DNA of 64,000 bases from Candidatus Saccharimonadota bacterium (GCA_003153395.1 PLYP01000005.1:21701-85700), one strand, 5' to 3'; numbered from the stretch's first letter, positions 1-9,876 are shown. A program made the numbers and translations. The notes: a model not told the origin generated them from the sequence alone.

Positions 1-757
1 CCACTACACCTATTTCAAGTTCTTGTGCAATTTGTATCCAAGCTTGCACTAGCGTATCGCGCCAGTAGAATCCGCCGTGTAGACCAGTTTCAAACTTTTT
101 CTCAGGTTTAGACGCCCGGCTATCAACAGCCTGAATTTGCATTATATTTAGCTGTCCATTTACACCTGTGTGCGCTGCTGCAAGTGCAGTAAGTATTCCT
201 CTGTAAACAAGTCCAATAGCATAACTAGTGTCAACATAAGGTATGCTATTTTCTGGACGATAGTTAGTTGTTACTCCTTCTGGAAGTTTTATATAATTGC
301 CAGAGAAGGTGCTAGAGTGGATTGGAGTGCCCTTATTGACGATACTTATCAAATCATAGTCTTTAATATTTTTAGGAAGTTTTCGACCTGGTTGCAACCT
401 CGCAACATCTTCTAGATTAATTTTTTCTGCTAGCCCTTCGAAATCGAAATATAAACTATCTTCTTCTGGACCCCAATAATAACCCGAATATCTTTGACCA
501 GTGCGCGTATCAGTTTTTCGCGGCTGAGTGGTGTCATTGCCTTCAGTCTCTTCTTGTGGATCGTGAAGTTCAGCAGCCGTAATAGGAGAAGGCTCGATTA
601 ACTCTAAGGTGCCCTTTCCACTTATTCTTAAAATATCCAACTTAAATCTGTCACTTACACCCAGAGATGATTCATCACCTACAAGATGTAGTTCAGGTTG
701 TACGCTGTCAGAATCCAAATCAACAGCTACCAATCTATTGGCATTAACATCTCTCAT
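1..757 (-). CDS. Hypothetical protein, partial (3' end runs off the window start)
   Basis: Manual translation from ATG at 757 (MRDVNANRLVAVD...GGFYWRDTLVQAWIQIAQELEIGVV) is stop-free to position 1 (about 252 codons). It is absent from the ORF track because it is incomplete. TATAAT lies 10 nt upstream. Confidence 0.75.
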   Translation of the reverse strand, partial: MRDVNANRLVAVDLDSDSVQPELHLVGDESSLGVSDRFKLDILRISGKGTLELIEPSPITAAELHDPQEETEGNDTTQPRKTDTRTGQRYSGYYWGPEEDSLYFDFEGLAEKINLEDVARLQPGRKLPKNIKDYDLISIVNKGTPIHSSTFSGNYIKLPEGVTTNYRPENSIPYVDTSYAIGLVYRGILTALAAAHTGVNGQLNIMQIQAVDSRASKPEKKFETGLHGGFYWRDTLVQAWIQIAQELEIGVV

Positions 758-807
758 AATTAGATATATTATAACATTATTAATGTTATTTACAAAATAT
801 TCTTATT

Positions 808-838
808 AAAAAAGACCCGGTGCAAATTTGCCCGGGTC
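808..838 (-). terminator. Rho-independent terminator
   Basis: Minus strand GACCCGG-GCAAATTTGCA-CCGGGTC followed by TTTTTT. Confidence 0.75.
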
Positions 839-859
839 GGTTGGAAGCCTCACACTTCC
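808..859 (-). ncRNA. Candidate ~52-nt small RNA (two hairpins)
   Basis: GGAAG-UGUGAGG-CUUCC hairpin plus terminator hairpin, directly downstream of TTGCAT-N18-TAAGCT (895-866). Confidence 0.4.
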
Positions 860-865
860 GTATCT

Positions 866-911
866 AGCTTATGACAGAGCAACTTGATTATGCAACGTGA
901 TTTTACTCACA
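866..911 (-). promoter_or_regulatory. Sigma70-like promoter with adjacent CRP/FNR-like box
   Basis: -35 TTGCAT (895-890), -10 TAAGCT (871-866), and TGTGA-GTAAAA-TCACG (911-896). Confidence 0.4.
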
Positions 912-914
912 TTA

Positions 915-1742
915 TTAAGTATATTCGAGCGCAATTGCGCCTAATATCCGTTTGGTTAAAAAATGACTGGCCTTAACAGAAATAATATGCCGAGCCCTAA
1001 CATTAAATGTATTTATTTGCTGGGATGGGGAACCTATATATTTTGATGGTTGCCCGCGTATAACAAACATGTCAAAAGTTCCATATATAACGTCCATTGG
1101 TACAACCAGGTCTTTTATGTCTGTGTTTGCCGTCTGATGCATTATTGTATTTTCCAAACTCTTAATGAATGGTATCCAAGTATTTTGATTTACTTCAAAA
1201 CCTACGACTCTTTGTGCCAGCTTGTGAGCTCGTTTTATATTAGACGGGTCAAACTCGGGCTTATAGTCGATTATCCAGTTATAGAATTTTTCGTAAGCTT
1301 TTAATCTAAGTCTATAAATACGTTTCTCGGGTAATCCATCGTAAAGAGGCATTTCGTAAAGAATAAGATGTTTGACTAAATCAGGTCTTTTACTGGCAAC
1401 GTGAAGAGCAATCAGACAGCCCATTGAATGCCCGACAATAATAAATTTAGTTTGGCCCTTAACTTTATCCAAACTGTAAATAACGGCGTCGGCGTGATCA
1501 TCTACATCGTATTTGATCCAGTCGGGTTTAGGCGAATCCCCAAAGCCAAGTAAGTCATAGGCTAAGATTCTAAGCGTTGAGTAATGTTTTAGATCTGTTA
1601 TTAAGTGCTTCCAAACACCTCCCGTCTTACCTATCCCGTGTAACAGTACTATAGGTGTACCTTGGCCCTCATCTATAACAAGCTTAAGCTTGAACGGTCT
1701 ACTCAGCCATTTGTTCCAAATCAAATAATATATATTTTTCAC
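915..1742 (-). CDS. Alpha/beta fold hydrolase
   Basis: VLLHGIG, YDLLGFGDS, GHSMG nucleophile elbow, C-terminal His. Confidence 0.9.
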   Translation of the reverse strand: MKNIYYLIWNKWLSRPFKLKLVIDEGQGTPIVLLHGIGKTGGVWKHLITDLKHYSTLRILAYDLLGFGDSPKPDWIKYDVDDHADAVIYSLDKVKGQTKFIIVGHSMGCLIALHVASKRPDLVKHLILYEMPLYDGLPEKRIYRLRLKAYEKFYNWIIDYKPEFDPSNIKRAHKLAQRVVGFEVNQNTWIPFIKSLENTIMHQTANTDIKDLVVPMDVIYGTFDMFVIRGQPSKYIGSPSQQINTFNVRARHIISVKASHFLTKRILGAIALEYT

Positions 1743-1801
1743 TAATATAATTATATACGCCTAACGTGTTTGAGAGCATCGCCCAATATATTACAATATA
1801 A

Positions 1802-2827
1802 GTGTTAATGCTATTATTCTCGTCAATGCTCCATAACGGCAGCCTAAAACTAACATTACTTGTTATTGAAGTAATCTTACTTGTAGCAACTTCAGCGGTT
1901 TGTTCGGGACTTAATATTGCTATTATGTCGCTTGATCTAAATGATCTTAAGCGAAAAGCTAAGCTTGGTAACCGTCAGGCCGCTCGTGTTTTACCGCTCA
2001 GAGTCCAGACGCATTTAACGCTAGCTAGCATTTTGCTGACTAACGTGGCTGCCGTTTCTGCTACGTCTTTGGTACTAAATCAGAGGCTAAACGGACTGCT
2101 TGCAGGAATTCTAGGTACGCTGTTAATTGTTAGCTTCGGCGAAATTATACCTCAGGCCTTGTTTTCCAAAAACGCACTATTTTGGGCTAGCCTCTTCTCA
2201 CCACTGCTAAACACCATGATTTTTATAACTTATATTATCTCCAAGCCTCTAGAGATTCTTCTTAATAATCTATTTCCGCATGAGAAAACAAAGCTACAAT
2301 CCAGACATGAGCTAGGTCTATTAATTACCGAGCACTTAAGCGATAAGACTTCAGAGTTAGATGAAAACGAAATTGAAATCATGAGAGGCGCCTTAAGCTT
2401 AAGTGAAAAAAGAGTAAGAGACATAATGACAGATATTCGTCATACGTATTGGATTACTCCTGATATGGCCCTTGATGGTGATAAGATCGATGAAGTAAAA
2501 GAAAAGGGTTTCTCCAGAATCCCAGTATTTAATGCTGCACTAACCAAAAGTTATGGTGTGTTACTTATGAAGGATCTAGTCGATATAGATTTTGATGATA
2601 ATAATTATTTAGTTGAGGATATGACTCTTCACCCAGTACAGCTTGTCGGCAGTATGACTGCTCTCGATACCATGTTCCGCAAATTTATTAGTGCTGGAAT
2701 TCACTTAATACCAATAGAAAAAGACGATAAAATTGTAGGAATATTGACTATTGAAGATCTAATAGAAGAGATTTTTGGACTAGAAATAGAGGACGAAACT
2801 GACAGGACTAAGAAGCTAAATAAGTAG
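1802..2827 (+). CDS. CNNM (DUF21) + CBS domain membrane protein, CorC/HlyC-like
   Basis: N-terminal TM helices, FGEIIPQA, VRDIMT, GFSRIPV, GILTIEDLIEEIFG. Confidence 0.9.
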   Translation: MLMLLFSSMLHNGSLKLTLLVIEVILLVATSAVCSGLNIAIMSLDLNDLKRKAKLGNRQAARVLPLRVQTHLTLASILLTNVAAVSATSLVLNQRLNGLLAGILGTLLIVSFGEIIPQALFSKNALFWASLFSPLLNTMIFITYIISKPLEILLNNLFPHEKTKLQSRHELGLLITEHLSDKTSELDENEIEIMRGALSLSEKRVRDIMTDIRHTYWITPDMALDGDKIDEVKEKGFSRIPVFNAALTKSYGVLLMKDLVDIDFDDNNYLVEDMTLHPVQLVGSMTALDTMFRKFISAGIHLIPIEKDDKIVGILTIEDLIEEIFGLEIEDETDRTKKLNK

Positions 2828-2863
2828 ATCTTTATACTTTTAGATTAGTTAACTGCTCATTTT

Positions 2864-3442
2864 CTATACTATGTGTCTGTGCAGGATTACAAGCAGTTTA
2901 TTGTAATTTTCCAAATACATATAGACATTAACTACTATCAGTAACGGAAATATGATTAATTTTTCTTCTAGTTTTCCTGTTTTAACTCTAAATTTTTTAA
3001 CTGGAGGAAAACCAAATTTTATTGGAATAGGAAGAAGCCAGGGAACGCCTTCTTTTGTTAGCGTATCCATTACAAGATGCGAAAGCATACCTATCATAAA
3101 TGCCCACCAAACTAGGCCAATGTCTACTGAGCGCATAATTGGGTCGAGAAAAATAAGTAAAAAGTGGATTAAAAAACCAAAAATAACCAGCCCAAGGACT
3201 GAATGGGTTAAAAATCTATGTCCACCGGCAATATTGTCGAAAATTTTACCGAAATACTTCCCCACCGGCAAATTCCGCCATAGTGGAGCGGTAGGCTGGT
3301 CTATATCAGGAGTAATCCCACCAACTAAATTAGCAAGAACCGCCATGATTGCTGTAGCTAGTGTTACGGTTCTAATGGGTCCAAATATAACTACAGCTCC
3401 TAGTGCTGTAAAAGCGGCCAGATCGTGGGTTCTTCCTGTCAT
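2864..3442 (-). CDS. YdjM-like membrane-bound metal-dependent hydrolase
   Basis: MTGRTH, PDID, GHRFLTHS, SHLVMDTLT motifs. Confidence 0.85.
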   Translation of the reverse strand: MTGRTHDLAAFTALGAVVIFGPIRTVTLATAIMAVLANLVGGITPDIDQPTAPLWRNLPVGKYFGKIFDNIAGGHRFLTHSVLGLVIFGFLIHFLLIFLDPIMRSVDIGLVWWAFMIGMLSHLVMDTLTKEGVPWLLPIPIKFGFPPVKKFRVKTGKLEEKLIIFPLLIVVNVYMYLENYNKLLVILHRHIV

Positions 3443-3493
3443 AGATATAAAGTGTAGAGCTTAGTTGCCTTAAAGCACAAGCAGGAAAAACTA

Positions 3494-4060
3494 TTATTGA
3501 GGAACTAGTTCATTTTCCATCTTAACTGCTTCATGCATTAATAAGGCATTAAATGCTAGATCTGCCGCATGTTTAGCTTTTTCTCTCGTTGCTAGCCTCT
3601 TAGATGTTATTAATTGCGGTCTTTCCACTTTAAATCTTGAAGCCTTTAGTTGACCAAAGACCCAGACTAATGGCTTTGGCTTGCCTTCTTCCGTATGCTC
3701 ACTAACTACCACACTTTCTTTTAGGGCGTACTCACCTAACTTCCCATACTGCGGCCAAACAAATTCAGGTTTTAAGTATTCGCCGACAAGTGCTGCTGTC
3801 CATCTTTTCCCAAAAGATGGAAGTTCTTGTTGTTGGTCATAGTTGAATCTAATTGGATGCGGAGTAGTATCGTCTAGATCTCGATTTATATAAGAATTCG
3901 GGTCAGCAAAGAATAATTCGGTGGCTGCTCCAACTAATAATCTAAAAGCATCCGGATCGTACTCTACCCAGTCAACATTTGGCGCCATGTAGTGTCTATC
4001 AAATACACTACCGGCAAAGCCTCTAGGACTATATCTTAATGTTGGTTCTAAAAAACTCAC
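3494..4060 (-). CDS. Hypothetical protein
   Basis: 188-aa ORF filling the gap, no recognised motif. Confidence 0.6.
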   Translation of the reverse strand: MSFLEPTLRYSPRGFAGSVFDRHYMAPNVDWVEYDPDAFRLLVGAATELFFADPNSYINRDLDDTTPHPIRFNYDQQQELPSFGKRWTAALVGEYLKPEFVWPQYGKLGEYALKESVVVSEHTEEGKPKPLVWVFGQLKASRFKVERPQLITSKRLATREKAKHAADLAFNALLMHEAVKMENELVPQ

Positions 4061-4148
4061 GGCTTTTTTTATCTACATTTGTAATATTACACCTAGACGA
4101 ATAGAAAATACAGCATATTTAATAATTATTAGCTAGTATAATCAACAT

Positions 4149-5339
4149 ATGGATAGTAGACCATTGGCTGAAAAATTGAGACCGGAGAAATTAAGCGCTG
4201 TTATAGGTCAAGAACATCTAATAGACAGTGGCAAGATAATCAATGAAATAATATCTAAAAAGCAACCTACTAGTTTAATACTCTGGGGTCCGCCCGGGAG
4301 CGGGAAAACAACTTTAGCTAGAATTATAGCCAAAGAAACAGGAGCTGAGTTCATTGAGCTCAGTGCCGTAAGTGCCGGTAAAGCAGATGTTATGAAGGTA
4401 ATAAGACATGCAGAGCAGAACCGAAGGCTTGGCATGCAAACAATACTGTTTGTAGATGAAATTCATAGGTTTAATAAAGCCCAACAAGATGCATTTCTGC
4501 CTTATGTAGAAGACGGGACTATTAATTTAATTGGCGCGACGACAGAAAATCCAAGTTTTGAAATAATTAATCCTTTGCTGTCACGATCTAGGGTGTTGGT
4601 CCTTAATCCCTTGAGCATTAAAGAAATAGAAGAAATTATAAAAAACGGTGCTCAGAGCTTAAAAATAAACGCTAAAGTATTAAATGGTAAAAATATTGAA
4701 TTAATTGCTGAGCTATCAGCAGGAGATGCCCGAGTAGCACTAGGCAATTTAGAACTTGCTCATCAGCTTGCTAATGGCAAAGCAATAACTAAGGATATTA
4801 TTGAAACAGCCGCCCAAAAAAGAGTGCCCGGTTACGATAAAAAGGGCGAATCGCATTATAACGTCATAAGCGCCTTTATAAAATCTATGAGAGGTGGCGA
4901 CTCTACAGCAGCTCTATATTATTTGGCAAGAATGATACAGGCTGGTGAAGATCCTAAATTTATCGCCCGTCGCATGATAATATTTGCCAGCGAAGATATC
5001 GGTATGGCAGCACCAGCGGCACTTAATATTGCAGTATCAACATTCTTAGCCGTTGAACGTATTGGTTTACCGGAAGCGCAGTATAATCTCTACCACTGCG
5101 CTACAGTACTATCTAAAGCACCGAAATCCAGAGAAATTGCTTCGGCTATGAATAGAGCCGTTGACACTGCACAGAAATATCCTGACCTGCCTGTTCCCTT
5201 GCAGCTTAGAAATGCTCCTACTAACCTCATGAAGGATTTAGGTTATGGTAAAGGAACTAAATGGAAAGCAGGATTTAAACATCCAGACGGCTTTATGCCT
5301 AAGGAAATCGAAGGATTAGATTTTTTTAGCGAAAATTAA
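4149..5339 (+). CDS. rarA: Replication-associated recombination protein A (RarA/MgsA AAA+ ATPase)
   Basis: RPLAEKLRP, WGPPGSGKTT, DEIHRFNKAQQD, GATTENPSF, ISAFIKSMRG, ASEDIG, LRNAPT. Confidence 0.96.
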   Translation: MDSRPLAEKLRPEKLSAVIGQEHLIDSGKIINEIISKKQPTSLILWGPPGSGKTTLARIIAKETGAEFIELSAVSAGKADVMKVIRHAEQNRRLGMQTILFVDEIHRFNKAQQDAFLPYVEDGTINLIGATTENPSFEIINPLLSRSRVLVLNPLSIKEIEEIIKNGAQSLKINAKVLNGKNIELIAELSAGDARVALGNLELAHQLANGKAITKDIIETAAQKRVPGYDKKGESHYNVISAFIKSMRGGDSTAALYYLARMIQAGEDPKFIARRMIIFASEDIGMAAPAALNIAVSTFLAVERIGLPEAQYNLYHCATVLSKAPKSREIASAMNRAVDTAQKYPDLPVPLQLRNAPTNLMKDLGYGKGTKWKAGFKHPDGFMPKEIEGLDFFSEN

Positions 5340-5350
5340 TCTAAAATATA

Positions 5351-6481
5351 CTAACTCTTTTTAACTTTTTCCCAGGGCAAGTCTGCCTTACCAAAGTGGC
5401 CGTAAGCAGAAGTTTGCGAGTAGATTGGTCTTCTTAGATCAAGCGTTTCAATAATCCCTTTTACCGAGGTATCTATTAACTTGTCCTTAAATGCATATAA
5501 ATCATTCTCAGTTACCTTTGCTGTCCCAAAAGTTTCAATAGTCTGCATTAAAGGTCTGGGCTGACCAATAACATAAGCTAGTCCAACTTCGCATTTGTCA
5601 GCAAGTCCGCTAGCTACAATATTCTTGGCAATATATCTAGCTGCATATGCGCCGCTTCGATCTACTTTAGAGGGATCTTTACCGCTAAATGCACCGCCGC
5701 CTACGCGGGCATAGCCTCCGTAAGTATCAACTACAATTTTTCTTCCAGTTAGTCCGGCGTCACTTTCTGGACCGGGGATGTGCCATAGCCCAGTGCCATT
5801 GACCGTAATATTTTCTTCCGACGGCATTACGAATTTAAATGAATCCAATACTGGTTTAAGTATTTTCTCTATTGATTCAGAGCGTACTTTTTCAGCTGAA
5901 GTTTCTTCGTTGTGAGCCATAGCTAGCACTAATTTTTCTACTGCTACAGGCTTACCGCCTTCATATCTTATTGTTACCTGAGCTTTGCCATCCGGTCTCA
6001 ACCAATCTATTTCTTTGCTTTCTCTGGCTGCGTCTATCCTCTTTGTGAGAGCATGAGCTAGAGCGATAGGTAGCGGCATAAGTTCTGGCGTTTCATTAAC
6101 CGCAAACCCGAACATCATGCCCTGGTCTCCAGCGCCGTCCTGATCAACTCCTATGGATATTTCTGGTGATTGCTTGTGAACGTCGTTGCTAAATTCAGAT
6201 TCATCACTAAAACCCCACGCCGGTACTGAATAACCAAGCTGTCGAACTTTTTCACAGGCAACATGCTGGAAATTTATATCGGCATTCGTTTTTATTTCTC
6301 CAAATAAGGCAATTTTGTTAGCACCTGCAACAGTCTCTATAGCAGTATGGCTATTGGGATCCTGGGCCAGTGCTGCATCTACTATGGCGTCACTTATGGC
6401 GTCACATATTTTATCCGGATGACCAGCACAAACTGATTCACTCGTGAAGTAGTTTATAAAGTCTTGTACGTTATCTGACAT
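5351..6481 (-). CDS. metK: S-adenosylmethionine synthetase
   Basis: FTSESVCAGHPDKICD, GAGDQGMMFG, GLTGRKIVVDTYGG, GGGAFSGKDPSKVDRS, AYGHFG. Confidence 0.98.
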   Translation of the reverse strand: MSDNVQDFINYFTSESVCAGHPDKICDAISDAIVDAALAQDPNSHTAIETVAGANKIALFGEIKTNADINFQHVACEKVRQLGYSVPAWGFSDESEFSNDVHKQSPEISIGVDQDGAGDQGMMFGFAVNETPELMPLPIALAHALTKRIDAARESKEIDWLRPDGKAQVTIRYEGGKPVAVEKLVLAMAHNEETSAEKVRSESIEKILKPVLDSFKFVMPSEENITVNGTGLWHIPGPESDAGLTGRKIVVDTYGGYARVGGGAFSGKDPSKVDRSGAYAARYIAKNIVASGLADKCEVGLAYVIGQPRPLMQTIETFGTAKVTENDLYAFKDKLIDTSVKGIIETLDLRRPIYSQTSAYGHFGKADLPWEKVKKS

Positions 6482-6485
6482 AAAA

Positions 6486-6637
6486 ATATCCTCTCTGCTT
6501 AATTATTTCTAGCTAGGAAAGGATATAGTCTTAACATATCTTTCCCGCTAAATCGGGCTAGATGGAGCACCTTACTTACTTTAGTGTAGGTTGCTGGCGG
6601 TTCAGCGAGCTAGTTCTCTCCCCGCGCTCTTTATATT
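6486..6637 (-). ncRNA. SAM-I (S-box) riboswitch with translational expression platform
   Basis: Minus strand AUAUAAAGAG...GAGAGAACUAGCUC.CUGAA...CAGCAACC...GGUGCU..AUCUAG CCCG..CGGG AAAGAUAU. It has a CUAG/CUAG pseudoknot and lies directly upstream of metK. A downstream AUAUCCUUUC/GAGAGGAUAU stem covers the SD. Confidence 0.88.
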
Positions 6638-6722
6638 TAAATCAAATTGTTAATGTCTAATACTATATCACAATTATTCTCATAAATAACACTAAACTAT
6701 AATTTGTTATGCTATTAAGGTT

Positions 6723-7430
6723 ATGTTTTATACACCCATTAATGGAATTACCTGGACAATCGGGGGTATAACAACAAGTCAGTTCGGCATTAAAGCTCTA
6801 CTAAATTACAAAAATAACCGAAACCCAATAGCCAGAATATACGGCTGGTTGGGCATAGCATTAGGAATAGGCCTATTTTTTTTCGGAATACCGGCTCTAC
6901 TCACTAATAATACCGACGCATTAAAATACACTTACTTTCTGGCTGATCTTTTTGTTCAATTATGCATTCAAATACAAGTGTGTCTTTTATGGTTCTTATT
7001 ACTTCGATCTTTTGTTAAATTAAGATACTTACTTCTAATCTCAACTACATTTTCTGCGGTATTATTAGTAATACAGTTTTTAACTTCTACGGCAATGCTT
7101 AGTGCGTCACATAACTTAGTTATCTACCAAGATAAACCTATAGTGCTAATACTTAAATCTATAATTTATATTGGCGTATCTTTCCCGGTTGGATTTTTCT
7201 TCTTAAGACAAATCCCTAATTCGCCTACGCTTCGTTCAAAATTTAAATCCTTATTCTCAGGATTAATTTTTCTTATATTAAGCACAGCTGCTACCTCAAA
7301 CAATCTCTTCGATAAAGGCAGCGATACAGTGTCATCATCATTAACTCTAGGTGTGTTCTTTAGCCTGTTTATAATAGTTAATTCCTGGCCAACGAAAAAC
7401 CTCAGTACCTCTAAAACTAAATCTCGTTAA
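6723..7430 (+). CDS. Polytopic (~7 TM) membrane protein, possibly a stand-alone 7TM sensor domain
   Basis: About seven hydrophobic segments; converges on and overlaps the kinase gene end. Confidence 0.65.
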   Translation: MFYTPINGITWTIGGITTSQFGIKALLNYKNNRNPIARIYGWLGIALGIGLFFFGIPALLTNNTDALKYTYFLADLFVQLCIQIQVCLLWFLLLRSFVKLRYLLLISTTFSAVLLVIQFLTSTAMLSASHNLVIYQDKPIVLILKSIIYIGVSFPVGFFFLRQIPNSPTLRSKFKSLFSGLIFLILSTAATSNNLFDKGSDTVSSSLTLGVFFSLFIIVNSWPTKNLSTSKTKSR

Positions 7431-9081
7431 AGAATTCTTTGGCTTCCGCGCTAGCTACTTCGCCCTGATCTTTTTTGTCTTGGCTGTAATTTGGAATCCA
7501 CAAGTAGAAAATACTGCCTTTTCCAAGTTCAGTGTCAAACCATAACTTGGCTGTAAGTCTTTCCGCCAGCTTTTTTGCTATATATAGACCGAGTCCGGTA
7601 CCACCGTGCACTCTGGTCATGTAATCTTCGCTCTGGAAAAATTTTTTGAATATTTTCTTCTGATCGGAATGTGAAATGCCAATACCGGTATCCTTAACCG
7701 AAAAAGTAACTCCTTCTGGCTTGTCTTTTTTGTATTCCAGCGAAACTGTTACGCTGCCCTCGTCTGTGAATTTAAGGGCATTGCTTACAAGAGTAGTCAT
7801 TATTTCCTGAACGACGTAGCGACTGGTTAATATTACTGGTAGATCTATATTTCTATCTATCTTAGTAATCAGAGAGATACCCTTGGCCTTGGCCTGGTCA
7901 TTGAAATCAGATTTTAAATCCTTTAAAAGCTGGAGAGGATTTAATGGTTCAAGTTTTACATCCAGACTTTCACTATCGACTTTAGACAGGCTAGTTAGAT
8001 CTGAGATGATGTGTGATAACTGCTTCAAGCTTCTCATGGCACCGTTGAGCATATGCACGGCCTCAGGGTTACTTGGAACAAATGGAGGGGAAAGCATAAA
8101 CGACACGTCACCTTGGGCGATAGTAAGCGGGGTTCTCAGTTCATGTGCAGCTACGGCTATGAATTCTTTTCGCTCCTGCTCAATAGTTTTATCCTTTGTA
8201 ATGTCTCTAATAATAAGGACGTAGCCTTTCTGAATTCTATCTACTAGATACGGCGTGAAGCTTATATGCACGTTAATGAGGCTACCGTCAGGAGCATTTA
8301 ATCTCAAATCAGCTGTTTCTCGCATATTAGCCAGTTTTTTAACATCAAATTTTACTTCATTATTATTTGGATCCTGAAAAGCGAAGAGATCTTTTATGGA
8401 TTTCTTAAGCATAGAATCATGCCCAGTCAATTCGCTTGCCGCATGATTAAATATCATTACCTTGCCCTTGGTATCTATAACAAATACCGCGTCCCCAATA
8501 TTATTAACGAGTGTTAATAATTGGTGACGTTCGTTCTCTACTTCCGTGGCAAGAGCTAGCAGTTCTTTTCTTTCTGATCTTTCGGATCTGCTTAACCATC
8601 CTACGTATAATCCTATAGTTATATAAATCGCCATTTGAACAAGGAATGTTTTAGGTAAATCTGTCGTTCCAGCTACCGTATACGTATATATAATTAGGAT
8701 TGCAGCTTGAAGAATTCCTAAATTTATTGCAGTTAGGCTTCCGTACCAATAGGCGCTGGAGATTATCATTGTTGGTAATATTGCTAAGTAGGGGCTGGAT
8801 ACTCCACCACTATAAATAATTAAAACAAGCGCCAGAAAAGAATCAATAAACAACATTGCTGGTCTGTCTATTAGAAGAGTTTCTCTAACCTTATCGCCAA
8901 TTTTAAGCGTCAGATTATATATAATTGCTAGACCTTCAAGCAGGCCTATGACTTCTCTGTTTACTCCAGGGAAAAACCAGAAACTTACACCTACAATAGT
9001 GACTATAATCCACCTGGCGTACCAAGTGCTTTGTAAGTAGCTGGCGAGCTTAGGTTTTAATAGGGTATCGGTTTTAGACAT
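7417..9081 (-). CDS. Membrane PAS-domain sensor histidine kinase
   Basis: TM N-terminus, PAS (NNIGDAVFVID...FNHAASELTG), H-box AHELRTPL, NALKFT, DTGIGI, GTGLGL. Start placed at MSKTD (9081); the track start is 9114. Confidence 0.93.
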   Translation of the reverse strand: MSKTDTLLKPKLASYLQSTWYARWIIVTIVGVSFWFFPGVNREVIGLLEGLAIIYNLTLKIGDKVRETLLIDRPAMLFIDSFLALVLIIYSGGVSSPYLAILPTMIISSAYWYGSLTAINLGILQAAILIIYTYTVAGTTDLPKTFLVQMAIYITIGLYVGWLSRSERSERKELLALATEVENERHQLLTLVNNIGDAVFVIDTKGKVMIFNHAASELTGHDSMLKKSIKDLFAFQDPNNNEVKFDVKKLANMRETADLRLNAPDGSLINVHISFTPYLVDRIQKGYVLIIRDITKDKTIEQERKEFIAVAAHELRTPLTIAQGDVSFMLSPPFVPSNPEAVHMLNGAMRSLKQLSHIISDLTSLSKVDSESLDVKLEPLNPLQLLKDLKSDFNDQAKAKGISLITKIDRNIDLPVILTSRYVVQEIMTTLVSNALKFTDEGSVTVSLEYKKDKPEGVTFSVKDTGIGISHSDQKKIFKKFFQSEDYMTRVHGGTGLGLYIAKKLAERLTAKLWFDTELGKGSIFYLWIPNYSQDKKDQGEVASAEAKEFFNEI

Positions 9082-9169
9082 TTGAGTAACAACACTTATG
9101 CTTAAGTATACCAAACTAGGGTTCTGCAGCTTTATTTTGCTATTCTAGGTATGTATTAAAGTATTAGAG

Positions 9170-9709
9170 ATGAAATTGAAAGTCGTTGTCGGATCAACCA
9201 ATAAAGTTAAAATTGACTCAGTAATAGAGTCCTTTAACGGTGTATTCCCTAATGAGTTGTGGGAAGTTATTGGTGTAGACGTTGATTCGGGAGTCTCAGA
9301 CCAACCTCTATCGGAAGAAGAGACGATTGAAGGGGCTAGAAATAGAGTACTGAGATGTAAAGAACTACGTGCGGCAGATTACTACGTTGGAATTGAAGGT
9401 GGTTTGATGAAAAGTACCTCTGGCTGGATGGAATGCGGCTGGATAGTTATCCGAAATAACAAGGGTGTTGAAGGAATTGCATCGTCACCTAAAATAATGA
9501 TATCAAGTAAAGTTTATGGATTCCTGAGTCGTGATAACAATACACTTACGGATGTATGTGAAAAATATTTTAAAGTTAAGAATGCGGGCAGTAAAACAGG
9601 TTATTTCGGCCTTATGACCAATGGTTATGTTGATAGAAAAAGGGCATATATTGACGGGGTTAGTTTTGCTCTTTCAAGATTTGCTCACCCAGAGTTATTT
9701 GAGTTATAA
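9170..9709 (+). CDS. yjjX: Inosine/xanthosine triphosphatase (YjjX, non-canonical purine NTPase)
   Basis: VGSTNKVK, SGVSDQP, ETIEGARNR, VGIEGG. Confidence 0.88.
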   Translation: MKLKVVVGSTNKVKIDSVIESFNGVFPNELWEVIGVDVDSGVSDQPLSEEETIEGARNRVLRCKELRAADYYVGIEGGLMKSTSGWMECGWIVIRNNKGVEGIASSPKIMISSKVYGFLSRDNNTLTDVCEKYFKVKNAGSKTGYFGLMTNGYVDRKRAYIDGVSFALSRFAHPELFEL

Positions 9710-9753
9710 ATTGGGGAACTATATTACTAACTGATATAATTTTGTATTGATAA

Positions 9754-9827
9754 TGGGGATTGGCCAAGCGGTAAGGCACTGGGTTCTGGTCCCAGGATCG
9801 GGGGTTCGAATCCCTCATCCCCAGCCA
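9754..9827 (+). tRNA. tRNA-Gln (anticodon CUG), CCA encoded
   Basis: Acceptor TGGGGAT/ATCCCCA, D arm GCCAAGCGGTAAGGC, anticodon arm CTGGG-TTCTGGT-CCCAG, T loop TTCGAAT, GCCA end. Confidence 0.97.
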
Positions 9828-9876
9828 AAGAAAAAGTATGATGAAATTGGTTTTTTTCTTATAATATCTACCAATA

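Noticed and set aside
170..809. Plus-strand ORFs 170-415 and 609-809
   Set aside because: They are shadows of the longer minus-strand ORF starting at 757.
2952..3464. 170-aa plus-strand ORF and the many similar 60-140 aa antisense ORFs in the track
   Set aside because: They lie opposite well-supported genes and have no motifs.
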